A stretch of 64,000 nt of DNA from Octopus vulgaris (taxonomy: Eukaryota): contig OX597814.1 of assembly GCA_951406725.2 (NCBI GenBank), positions 118,730,001 through 118,794,000 on the forward strand, given 5' to 3'. Shown piece after piece: positions 24,770 to 35,988 of this stretch (position 1 is the first letter of the stretch; each line of letters opens with the position of its first letter). Made by a program: the position numbers and the translations under genes. The notes below the pieces were generated by a model. The model was given only the letters and a program-made list of their open reading frames with translations, was not told where the DNA came from and ran no database searches.

Positions 24770-25665
24770 ATATCTTAGGTTAATTATATATTAAGAAATG
24801 GGAGTGAGATAATTAAGATGAACCAAATAGTTTCCCTAGGGAAATAGGATTAATACTACTTAGTATTGGAGAACATTATAAAAAAGAATTTAATTCTAAG
24901 TTTGCAATGAAGTTTTTTAATCATCTATGAGTGTTTAACTAAAACCACTATGGTATATTCTTTCCTATTTGGTTAAATATATTTTGTAAAGATATCTTAG
25001 GAGGCGCAGAAGTGGCTGTGTGGTAAGTAGCTTGCTAACCAACCACATGGTTCCAGGTTCAGTCCCACTGCGTGGCATCTTGGGCAAGTGTCTTCTGCTA
25101 TAGCCCCGGGCCGACTAATGCCTTGTGAGTGGATTTGGAAGACGGAAACTGATAGAAGCCTGTCGTATATATGTATATATATGTTTGTGTGTGTGTTTGT
25201 CTGTCTGTGTTTGTTCCCCTAGCATTGCTTGACAACCGAAGCTGGTGTGTTTACGTCCCCGTCACTTAGCGGTTCGGCAAAATATACCGATAGAATAAGT
25301 ACTGGGCTTACAAAGAATAAGTTCCGGGATCGATTTGCTCGACTAAAGGCGGTGCTCCAGCATGGCCGCAGTCAAATGACTGAAACAAGTAAAAGAGTAA
25401 AAGAGTAAGAGAGACTAATTATATATTAAGAAATGGAAGTGAGATAATCAAGGTGAACCGAATAGTTTCTTTAGGGGCATAGGATTCATACTATTTAGTA
25501 CTCCTACTATTTGGGATTCATACTATTTAGGATTCCAACTATTTAGATTCATACAGTTTAATTTTAGAAAAAATAATTCAATTTTAATTTTGCAGTGAAG
25601 TTTTTTAGTCAACTATGAATGTTAAATTGAAAACCAGTATGGTATATTCCTTCTTATTTGATTAT
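24770..25665. repeat. Diverged ~200-bp tandem duplication with a SINE inserted at the start of the second unit
   Basis: TAATTATATATTAAGAAATGG...GGTATATTC at 24781-24960 and 25416-25650; the leader ATCTTAGG|TAATT of unit 2 is split by the SINE. Confidence 0.75.
24982..25412 (+). mobile_element. Full-length tRNA-derived SINE (same family as 10013-10455)
   Basis: GGCGCAGAAGTGGCTGTGTGGTAAG (A box), GGTTCAGTCCC (B box), TTGGGCAAGTGTCTTC, internal TA/TG repeats, (AAAGAGT)n tail. Confidence 0.9.
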
Positions 25666-25767
25666 AAATAATTAAAATTTGAAAAATATAGGAATATTCA
25701 CAAAACTATCATTTAAAGTATTTAAACGTTCGGGTCGTACGATGTATACAAGAACTTCCAGCTCCAA

Positions 25768-25992
25768 ACTCTTTTACTCTTTTACTCTTTTACTTGTTTC
25801 AGTCATTTGACTGCGGCCATGCTGGAGCACCGTCTTTAATCGAGCAACTCGACCCCGGGACTTATTCTTTTTTTTTTGGAAGCCCAGTACTTATTCTATC
25901 GTTTTCTTTTGCCGAACCGCTAAGTGACGGGGACATAAACACACCAGCATCGGTTGTCAAGCACTGCTAGAGGGACAAACACAGACACACAA

Positions 25993-26023
<31 letters not shown>

Positions 26024-26177
26024 CGACAGGCTTCTTTCAGTTTCCGTCTATCAAATCCACTCACAAGGCTTTGGTCGGCCCGAGGCTATAGTAGAAGACA
26101 CTTGCCCAAGGTGCCACGCAGTGGGACTGAACCCGGAACCATGTGGTTGGTAGACAAATAACTTACCACACAGCCAT
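25768..26177 (-). mobile_element. tRNA-derived SINE, same family, inverted relative to 24982-25412
   Basis: Reverse-complement homology along its length. Confidence 0.9.
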
Positions 26178-26178
26178 G

Positions 26179-26230
<52 letters not shown>

Positions 26231-26280
26231 CATATATGAACATATATATATACACATATATATATATATATATATATATA

Positions 26281-26337
<57 letters not shown>

Positions 26338-26756
26338 CGTAACAAACGAAGGAAAACATTCCTTCCAAGTGTTGTTTAAGACCCTTGGTACGTCGGATGA
26401 ATACCACATATATATGGGTATAATTCAAATCACACAATAAACATAATAGAGAGATACAAATGATAATCCAATCATTTATAGTTATTATAACATAATATAC
26501 TATGAATATGATAATATAACATAAACAATTATTTAACAAAACAAAATAGCCAACAATTTGGTTCCACTTATATCCATTTTTTTTATATATAAACAATTTA
26601 ATTCCCTTATGTATAAGCCGCATCAGGGCAAGTGGTGTATAGTTACACGAAATTCTGTCTATCTACATTATATTATACTCATAGTATATTATGCTATATT
26701 ATAATATAATTTATAAATTATTGGATTGTCACTTGTATCACTCTATTTAATTTATT

Positions 26757-26828
<72 letters not shown>

Positions 26829-26829
26829 G

Positions 26830-27330
26830 TGATGGAAAATAACGGCAGAGTTTACAGAAAATAGAATAGACTGAGTTTTCTAATTAATATATTGGAGAAC
26901 TTTGTGATGCATATAATGTTTATGCTTGACAAAGAAGAGGTTGTTTAATATAGCAATATCTTTGCCATTGTTAGTTTAGTTATTGTAGCAAGTTATGTAA
27001 TGTATCTTTTAGTTGAAACTACTGACTCTTGCTGTAGGCGTGTACGATGTTGCTAGCTCAATCTTCGTTGTGGGATAGCGTTTAGCGTAAGCAATCTTTT
27101 GAGTATCTTCCAGCAAATGGAGAGTAATTTATTCCATAGATTGTGCCCGTATGTTGTAGAGGAATTTGCATTCCTACGCTGTGTATAGGGAAGCTTTTTG
27201 CATAGTTTAGCGTTTTAAGTTTAACGTTTGATGTAATGTTCAAAGTGATTTTCAGCAGAGAAGTAAGGTAATATGCAAATCCTCCATTCACTCTAATAGT
27301 CATATTTTCAATGAATTCTATGTGCAATGT
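26830..27330 (-). mobile_element. Decayed Penelope-like element (GIY-YIG C-terminal region)
   Basis: Minus-strand frames give YAKSF ... RNANSSTTYGHNLWNKLLSICWKILKR, resembling the PLE motif NHKKSF..NSTxLSxxIW..YSIxWKIL; heavily mutated. Confidence 0.4.
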
Positions 27331-29374
27331 TTCGCAGATTTATGGGTATTTATATAATTGTTTTTGAAGCTGAAGACAAGGCGACCAGTATACTTATCTC
27401 GGTGGAGTTCTTGCTGACATCGAAGGAGATTCAGTTATGTTATATTCCATAGATATGACGCTGAAGAAGTAAATAATATTTTTCTACGGTGTAATCAATA
27501 TTATTATCTCCGTTTCAGATGGAAAATAATTAGATACCTTGCTAATTAACCTCCAGAATTATATTTTCTTCATATATTTTCTCCATCCTCAAAACTTGTT
27601 CATCAATTATGAAGTGATTATTTCCTTAATTTTGTGAATTACACCTATTTATGATCTAAGCAACTTCATATTCAAAAACGTTCATGTTTGATCAATTCCT
27701 ATACCAGCATAGCGTTTCAGACTCTATCCCAATCAAAGACAGTTTTTTTATCATAAAAGAAGCACTACCCCCATTTGTATTTCCGACACCGACCCACAAG
27801 AAATACGCGTATCATAAAAAAACACACAAATAAATTCAATATGAAAAAAGTATACAACTATCACTTTCTCACCGATCTCTGAATGCCTGAAAGGCAAGTT
27901 GAATTCATCAAAACCACACAGTCTTAAAATTCCGACCCAAAATGAATCCATATTGACGTAATTATCAGATTACAGTGGTGTGTGAGATTTTCTGTTCGTT
28001 TTCGCCCACTTATGTACGCTTGTATACATGCGTACTGAGCATCAATATGCACACATAATACATACATTCAGTTTTTGTTAAATCCTGCTATAGATTATGG
28101 AAAGGTACTATTACATTTGTGTTTAATGATGAATTTAACTATTAAACATGTAACTGCTAAACCAAGTAGCGGCTATTCATTATATGAATCTAGACCCGCA
28201 AATATCAACGGAACGTGTCAGATCTAAGAATTGGAATCGAAACGAAATTTGCTTTGCACTATATGAATTCCCTAACATATTTAAAGCTTCCCACCTTGAT
28301 AAGAATTTATTGAAGCTACTTTCCCCACTCTTCCTCATCACCATCATAATATTTCTTCATCCTAATGCATGTCATCACTATCACATTATTTCTTCATCCT
28401 AAGGCATGTCATCAACACCGAGATTTCCAGTATAATATTTCTTAATGTCAGTTGTTTTTCTTTCACACAGCTTCCTCTTCGGTGTAAGAAAGATGACAAA
28501 GGCACTTTTTTTCCAGGTTGATCAATTATTTTGTAATTTGCTTCTATAAGAAAAAATATTCATTCTTCCATTTTACTTCTTACCAAAGCGCAAGAAATCG
28601 GAAAATAACACTCCATCACTTTTTCATCTTGGATGCTTGAAGCTATCCAATCAGCCAAAAGCACGCAACACCGTTAACACGTCTCTCACATGCAGTAAAT
28701 CAAAGTAAGACTTCCTTAGATGTTGGAAGTTTTCCATATTCTCTATGTTAATACATTTTCTAAGCTCATTTGTGTGATCGTTGAGATTTGTCACTCGTAA
28801 ATTCTTATGCATACACTGTTATTAAAAAATATAAGCAAAGTGTTTTTGCCGCGGTGATATGAAACTGGTAGTGATAATTTAGGCTGTCATATACTGTAAT
28901 TAAATTACTCACGCCCGAAACGAAATATAATCAGGATAAGTAGAAGGATGTGACTGTTGAGTTTTCCATTTCGGAGTTATCAAATTTAATCTTAGAAAAT
29001 CAGATTAATGCACCAGTTTTATATCATTTAGTGACGTGTGCTACAATTGATAACCCATAATATCAGTAATTCTAACATATCTAAATTTGGGGCTCAGAGT
29101 GATATTAATTTGCAATATTTTGCCGTCGAGCTCATCGTATTTCCTACAAGACTTTCAAAAATGTATATCAAAAAGAAAAGCACACAATCTCATTTAAACA
29201 CTAAATGTAATGGACGTAATTATTTACATCAATACCATTTGGCAAGGCTTCTAAATTCTCTATTAATTAATACTAATAAGCTTCCGAATATATATTTAAC
29301 TTTATGCGTTTAATTAACCATACTAATATAACATGCATATCCAATTGATGGCTTATAGTGAAATACTAGTAGCT

Positions 29375-29525
29375 TTGAACGATGGGATGGAACTTAATCC
29401 ATCAGTCTCTTTTCTCACCAAGTTTTGGAGACATAAACACCCCAGCATCGGTTATCAAGCAATGGTTAGGGAACAAACACAGACACAAAAATAACAAACA
29501 TAAATATATATATACATATATATAT

Positions 29526-29572
<47 letters not shown>

Positions 29573-29722
29573 TGTGTGTGTGTGTTTGTGTGCGTGTATG
29601 TATGTCTATATATATATATCAACCATACAAATGGAACATGTTTAAAAATCGATACTGGGGTTATGTCTCCAAGCCTTGGTGACAAAAGAGACCGATGGAT
29701 TAAGTTCCATCCCATCGTTCAA
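29375..29722. mobile_element. MITE-like fold-back element with ~80-bp terminal inverted repeats around a TA/TG core
   Basis: TTGAACGATGGGATGGAACTTAATCCATC... (29375) versus ...GATGGATTAAGTTCCATCCCATCGTTCAA (29722). Confidence 0.75.
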
Positions 29723-30787
29723 ATTCTGTTTCGAGTAAACTGTTTTTAAACTGAAATTTCCACAAGCGTTTAGTCTTGTTTGACTTGCCAGATAATGTAA
29801 CAGCCAAATAAAAGGAATTTGATGACATAAATTTAGCTCGCGTATTATAAACAAATACTACTACTACTACTACTACTACTACTACGACTACTAAAAGCAT
29901 CAAGCATCCACAAAACGCAACATCTTTTCATGTCTAGTCAGCTTGCACTCTTGTTATCAGTACAGTGATACAGATGCAGAGATAAGCTACTCTCAGTACT
30001 CACAGGATTTCTCAAACCTAAATTTCCATCCATTCTTATTGAAAATGGTATAGAAAGTTAAAAAAAAAAACATAGAGCAACAGATAGCAAGGGCGCCAAA
30101 CCACAATATCATACCTTTGATAGTTCCAAACAACTCATATCGCTGAATCAAACTTAACTATCATCAAACAAAGTATTGAATTAACTACTAAATTTAATTA
30201 CTGATCGAACACTTGTTCAACATTAAAGGCAACCACTAACAAGCAGTTGACAAACGCAAATTTTGTCCTAAAATGTAACGATAACAACTTAATGGTATGC
30301 AATTACAATCACAACCGTTGTGACACGTCGATCCATACATAGCCGTCAGTATACCAACTTAAAATCCGATAAAAGTTTATCTCCAAATGAAAATGTAAAA
30401 CCCTAAATCAAACCCGCTGTATCAGTTTTCCTACATTGTGTATAGATATGTACTGGTCAGGAAGAAAACTCATTATCAGTCAGAGACGAGTACGCTAGCA
30501 ACAAATTAGGGCTGTAATGATAGTTAGATCCCACTAAGCAATCATTTAGAATCATGCAGTATTATATGGTGTTTTAATATTTCCATTCAACTAACGTCAC
30601 CGCTCAAGTAAGGGTAGAAAACGAGAAAGAGAAATGTATGTGTCTGAGGATTTCAAAATTGTGTTAAATAGATTACAACATGAAATAATGAATCGAATTT
30701 AATTTTATTGAAATCTCTATTAATATCTACAATAAAATTAATTTGAATTTGAATTTAATTACATTTCTTTAAACAATATATAACACA

Positions 30788-31065
30788 GTAGGCGCAGGCG
30801 TGGCTGCGTGGTAAGCATTTTGCTTCCCAAACTTTATGTCCCCAAAACTTGGTGAAAAAAGAGACCGATGAAATAAGTACAGGTTTACAAAGAAAACTGC
30901 TAATCTTTGTAGTATCATACATTTCTCAATATCAGATTGCAGATTTAAGGCGGTATTTCCTTCTGAGTTGAAATTTCACCGATGTCGACATTGCCTTTCA
31001 TCATTTCGGGGTCAACTGGCTCCTCCCCCAAAATGTTGGGCCTTGTGCCTAGAGTAGAAAAGAAT
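30788..31065 (+). mobile_element. Degenerate SINE fragments (two families)
   Basis: GGCGCAGGCGTGGCTGCGTGGTAAG head; TTCTGAGTTGAAATTTCACCGATGTCGAC...GTGCCTAGAGTAGAAA. Confidence 0.6.
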
Positions 31066-31484
31066 ATCTGATTGTAGCCACATCCTCTATCAGTAACTTT
31101 GCTTAGTTAAAATGATATGAATAAGGGCTGTGGATGAGAAATAGTCACACTATGTCTCACGGTCATTCTTTGAAACAACATTCACAAGCTTGTATCTACC
31201 GGGGTCTAACAAATGGCATTCAAATGAGATATTTAACGACGTCTACGTTTGTCGAGTGTGGAATGTATTAGCAGCTTATACATACCACCGCAAAAATATA
31301 TGCATGAAGTCGCTTTTGAATCATGAAGTATTCAGAAAAATTGTGTAAACAGAAAATAAATATGTACAAGTGGGACTATAAAGGAATTTTTTTACTGATG
31401 ATAAATGCAGGCATATGTGTATGTATTGAATATATGTAAGTATGTATGTATTTATGTATGTATATTTATATATACATATATATA

Positions 31485-31750
31485 TATATGTAGAAAAATA
31501 CAGACTGGGACAAGAACGTAAAACATTTAGAAGACGATACAAAAAACACGGACGGGACATTCGAAGCTCGTAGCTTAGTTTTTCCTTGGGGCTGGCCGGA
31601 TCGGAGCGATCTCAAGATTAATCAGCCGAAATTGCTAGGATGATCCGGTTCTTGACTGAAGATTGAAGGCTTCGAATGTCCCGTCCGTGTTTTTTGTATC
31701 GTCTTCTAAATGTTTTACGTTCTTGTCTCAGTTTGTATTTTTCTACATAT
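31485..31750. repeat. Long inverted repeat (~80-bp arms, ~100-bp spacer) within (TA)n
   Basis: GTAGAAAAATACAGACTGGGACAAGAACG...GGGACATTCGAAGC versus GCTTCGAATGTCCC...GTATTTTTCTAC. Confidence 0.85.
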
Positions 31751-31844
31751 AATATATATATATAATATAAATAAGGTATAACTATATGAATATATACATA
31801 TATATATATGTACATACCTACATATATATATGTATATATGCGAG

Positions 31845-32420
31845 CATATATGGGTACAGGACATCAAAAAAACGTTGAACACAGTGAGAGACGAAAAAAA
31901 ACAGAGAAGCATGACTTGCAACAGAAAGAATATTCCCCTTGATCAGTTGTCCCTGTTTCATCTACTCCGCGTTCTGAAGGTAAAGACAATAGGTGACTTC
32001 GTCGAAACAGTCCTTCCCGCATAGCTACTATCACATGTCGGCCTATCTCCCTCGCTCTCGTTCTTCATCATCCTTTCTGCTTTTCTCCTTCACTCTTCCC
32101 TATTCTTATTCTCTCCTCTTCACCGTCCCCCCCCTCTCTCTCTTCTTCCTTGACTCTCACTTCACTGAGACGAGACGAAATGTCATCTAACTTCCTGTCC
32201 ATTTCCTTCCTAAAGACTAGACTTGCTTGTACCTGCCTCCATTCATAGCTCGTCCTCCTCGCGTTCATAATAATTTTTCTATCGGCTTGGGCCAACAGTC
32301 CTCACTGTTCATTTCTACTGTCTTGTTCTCACTGTCCTGTTCTTGCTACCACTTTCACCCGCTGCAAAACATCCGAAATTTTAGATAATTTGCTTTGCGG
32401 GAAGGACTGTTCAACGAAGT

Positions 32421-32423
<3 letters not shown>
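31845..32423. repeat. Interspersed repeat with internal inverted arms (Penelope pseudo-LTR-like family)
   Basis: GACTTCGTCGAAACAGTCCTTCCCGCA (31995) versus TGCGGGAAGGACTGTTCAACGAAGTC (32396); the 31850-31972 part matches 49257-49430 in reverse and 58860-59030. Confidence 0.55.
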
Positions 32424-32510
<87 letters not shown>

Positions 32511-32739
32511 TATAATACATGTTTGTATAAACTCTCTAGGTAGATATTTCTTAGCATAGCGCCTGAGAATTCGATACGAGTCATAATAATCAATAATCAG
32601 AACTTGTTGAACCTTTACAAACACCAAACTTTAGTAATAGATGTACAGACTTTTTGCGCAGCATAATACTGGACAAGTTTTGAAACACCCTTCAGAAAAA
32701 TATTCAGAACAAAAGCTAAAGCAAATACAGTGCAGATGA

Positions 32740-33220
32740 TATTTCTTCCGCATGATGGAAATACAGTTGCAAAAGCAATTATCTATGAAGAGAAAACAAT
32801 AGTTCAGTTGGGTAGAAAAGAAACAAACTAAAAATAATGTTCATATATTGGTTTTCAAACCTTTTCGGCAAATACACATCTAAACACAGCAATGGAAACA
32901 ATAAACAAAACAAAAATATACACGTATTTAACAGCTTTATGCAGATATATGTGACACTTCAAAGAACGATGTTTCGACTCTTTTGACATGAAATGGTCAA
33001 CTCTAGAACATGAATAAATAAAGGAACCAACTAATGTCAACATTTACTGGTGGGAAAATTGAAATTGAGGGAACATAACGAGATTCAAGGAAAAACACGT
33101 ATGCACATTATAACAAAATATTGTCCCTAAACACATTATTACTTGTAAGTTACAAGTACCAATTAGCAATGCACCGATCTTGCTCTCGTTGTGATAGAAT
33201 GAATTAGAACATTTTAAATG
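32740..33220 (+). mobile_element. Decayed Penelope-like GIY-YIG region
   Basis: Remnant peptides HILVFKPF and YLTALCRYM*HFKE resemble PLE ...STALSKYIWxLKE; many stops. Confidence 0.3.
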
Positions 33221-33320
33221 TTAATGGCTTACAAATTCATACAGCCAAAAATATTACTACATGATACACATTTTTTATACATGTTCCGTTAGCCAGAAGT
33301 TACAGACTATTTCAAAACAC

Positions 33321-33356
<36 letters not shown>

Positions 33357-34154
33357 CATGCATGTTTGTGCATACATGTATTCATGCACACACACATACA
33401 TACACACACGCACACACAAAAACAAGCACAAACACGCACACACGCACACACACACTCTCACAGACACACACACTGACATATATGTATATCTGTAGGCAGA
33501 TGAAGAATATGAGCACAAGGAGCATAAGCAAACAAGTTAAAAGGACGTACACAATGAATGCATTAGTTTCAAACTAACAGAAAATTTAAGATGGTAAAAC
33601 GAGTCGTGAACGGCGACGTTTAGAACATCACACTTTGTCAGAAAGAGAAAAGAGTAAAAAGTCCGGAAAAGGAAAAAAAAATAGTCCAAGAATCGCAGAT
33701 GTGTCGTAACATTGCTCAAATATATATATAAATACAGACGTACACACGCACACGTGTATTAATACTAACAGATGTAAGTTAAAGTGGTGAGCTGACGGTA
33801 TCCTTAGTACGCCGTTCAAGATGGTTACCGACATTTCGTCTGTGCCTACTTTCTACGTTCAAATGACACTTAAGTTGACTTTTACTTTCATCCATTCGCG
33901 GCCCATTATATAAGTACCAGCGTAGGACTGGGTTCGATTTTATGGATTTGGCTCCTCTTCCGAAACTACTGTGCTGGTGCCAAAATTTTGAAACGAATAT
34001 TAATAGATGCGAATATGATGCAATTAAATAGACAGGCACCCTAGCCATTTTGGTTGAATTTATGCGGCGCTATCCTGGTTCTTTGTTTTAAGTATTTGTC
34101 AAGTTTTATTATTATTATAATGTTATTATTATTGTTATTATTATTATTTTATTA

Positions 34155-35905
34155 TTTTTTTTTCTTCTTTCAAATTTTCTTCCGTTTCTTGCCGAGTGTC
34201 TTCCCGACTCCTAGGGCAAAGAAACTCATAGTGTATATTGGTAGGCGATTAAACCAAACTCAGTAGTTCGTTCATATTTTTTTTTTTTTTTTTTTTTGTA
34301 AAGTTAAATTAAAATACATGAGCAGCAACAGTTCTCACATCGACAATGCTCTTCTCAATACGTGTGATGTACCAGTTAAGACAATCTTTTGCACTTCTTG
34401 CAGGGGTGGTAAGCCAGGGATCATTCTCATATAATTTTCGGTTCCCTTCTTGATCATTCCTAGTGCTCCTACGATCACTGGTATTGTAACCGCCTTGAGA
34501 TGCCACATTTTCTCAATTTCAATGAGTAGGTCTTTATATTTTCTGAGCTTGTCAAACTCTTTCGCTGAGATATTATGATCACAGGGGATGCTCATGTCGA
34601 TCAATAAGCAAACTTTATTGTTTTGGTCTTTCACAACAATATCTGGTTTATTGGCCTTGATGGTTCGGTCTGTATGTACTGGAAAGTCCCACAGAATCGT
34701 TACATTTTCTCCTTCAGTTACAGCCTCAGGGTGGTGATTATACCACTTGTCGGCAGTTTTGATATTGTAATGCCGACTTATTAGCCAGTGGAGATATTGG
34801 CCAACTCTGTCATGTCTTAATTTATACTCCACTGGTGCTAAGACTTTACATCCAGAGATTAGGTGGTCCACTGTTTCAATCATGTCGTTGCAGAATCGGC
34901 ATTTTGGGTCTGCTCCATTTTTCATCACATTGGCCTGGTAGTTCCGGGTTAATAGGCTTTGGTCTTGAGCAGCCAGGATGAAACCTTCGCTCTCTGCTTT
35001 TAGCCCTGAGCTCCGCAGCCACTGATGGGTTTGCTTCTGGTCAACATCAGCTTGTTTGCTGCGGGTCACATATTTGCCGTGCAGAGGTTTCTCCTCCCAC
35101 CTATCAGCCAATTGCTCGTGCGCTTTTTTCATTGCCGTCATTTTCACCTTCTTTGCAACAATAGTTGCCGTACTTCCCTCGGGTTGTTCAGTTTGGGTAT
35201 CCTGCACGAGATCAATAGCAAATTTTTTGCTTTCCTTGATGATAGAATGAAGCTTCTTTCGTCTCTCGTGATTTTCCACGAGCTTTAGCATCCAGTCATT
35301 CGATATTTCGAGATATTTGGCCAGTCCAATTGTGGTTGTTTTGTAAGCTAGTTCAAATTGGATCAGGCCTCGACCTCCTTGGGCTCTGGGAAGGTAAAGG
35401 CGATCTACGTCTGCCTTTGGGTGGTGCATCCTATTACAACTCAGCAGCTTGCGTATTTTTCTATCTATATTCTTTACTTCACTCATATTCCCGTTCAACA
35501 CATTGTAGCTATAAGTAACAACTGGAACTGCTAAGGAATTTATAGCTAACACCTTGTTACGTGCATTTAGTTCAGATTTCAGGACTGCACGAACTCTCCT
35601 ATAACATTCCTTCCTGATTTTCTCTTTCATGCTTGCATGCTGAATACCGGAGCCTTCATTTATCCCTAAATATTTGTATGTTTGTTCTTGCTCAAGCTCT
35701 CTTATGACTGTGTCAACATCTAACACGACTGAATTTGTGGTCTTCACTTTCCCTTTCTGGAAAGTGGCCTTGGCACACTTCTGAAGTCCAAACTCCATCC
35801 CGATGTCATCGCTGAATGCTTTCACGGTGCGCAATAGGCCTTCAAGTTCATTATTGTCTTTACCATAAAGTTTTAAGTCATCCATATAAAATAGATGGCT
35901 TATTT
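34155..35905 (-). mobile_element. R4/Dong-type retrotransposon, family B, 5'-truncated at RT domain 5
   Basis: Begins HLFYMDDLKLY; bounded by (TTA)n on both sides; 3' UTR matches 4927-5083. Confidence 0.95.
34335..35885 (-). CDS. C-terminal 516 aa of an RT/CCHC/restriction-like endonuclease polyprotein (uninterrupted, N-terminally truncated)
   Basis: (Y)MDDLKLY, FGLQKCA, YKYLG, GGRGL, CRFC...HLISGC, RHD, KPDIVV..LIDMSIP, KLRKY. Confidence 0.9.
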   Translation of the reverse strand: MDDLKLYGKDNNELEGLLRTVKAFSDDIGMEFGLQKCAKATFQKGKVKTTNSVVLDVDTVIRELEQEQTYKYLGINEGSGIQHASMKEKIRKECYRRVRAVLKSELNARNKVLAINSLAVPVVTYSYNVLNGNMSEVKNIDRKIRKLLSCNRMHHPKADVDRLYLPRAQGGRGLIQFELAYKTTTIGLAKYLEISNDWMLKLVENHERRKKLHSIIKESKKFAIDLVQDTQTEQPEGSTATIVAKKVKMTAMKKAHEQLADRWEEKPLHGKYVTRSKQADVDQKQTHQWLRSSGLKAESEGFILAAQDQSLLTRNYQANVMKNGADPKCRFCNDMIETVDHLISGCKVLAPVEYKLRHDRVGQYLHWLISRHYNIKTADKWYNHHPEAVTEGENVTILWDFPVHTDRTIKANKPDIVVKDQNNKVCLLIDMSIPCDHNISAKEFDKLRKYKDLLIEIEKMWHLKAVTIPVIVGALGMIKKGTENYMRMIPGLPPLQEVQKIVLTGTSHVLRRALSM

Positions 35906-35917
35906 TTTTATTGGCAA

Positions 35918-35984
<67 letters not shown>

Positions 35985-35988
<4 letters not shown>

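Noticed and set aside
24982-25075. tRNA genes at SINE heads (also 45198 and ~7090)
   Set aside because: A/B boxes are present, but there is no complete cloverleaf and they continue into SINE bodies.
26051-26623. YI-repeat ORFs (also 10099-10614, 32329-32627, 45441-46029, 49433-49986, 58836-59355)
   Set aside because: Produced by (TA)n and (TG)n microsatellites and SINE sequence.
31650-31690. CTGAAGA...GAAT as a hammerhead core; also CTGATGA at 49284
   Set aside because: No GAAA core at the right position and no convincing stem I/III pairing.
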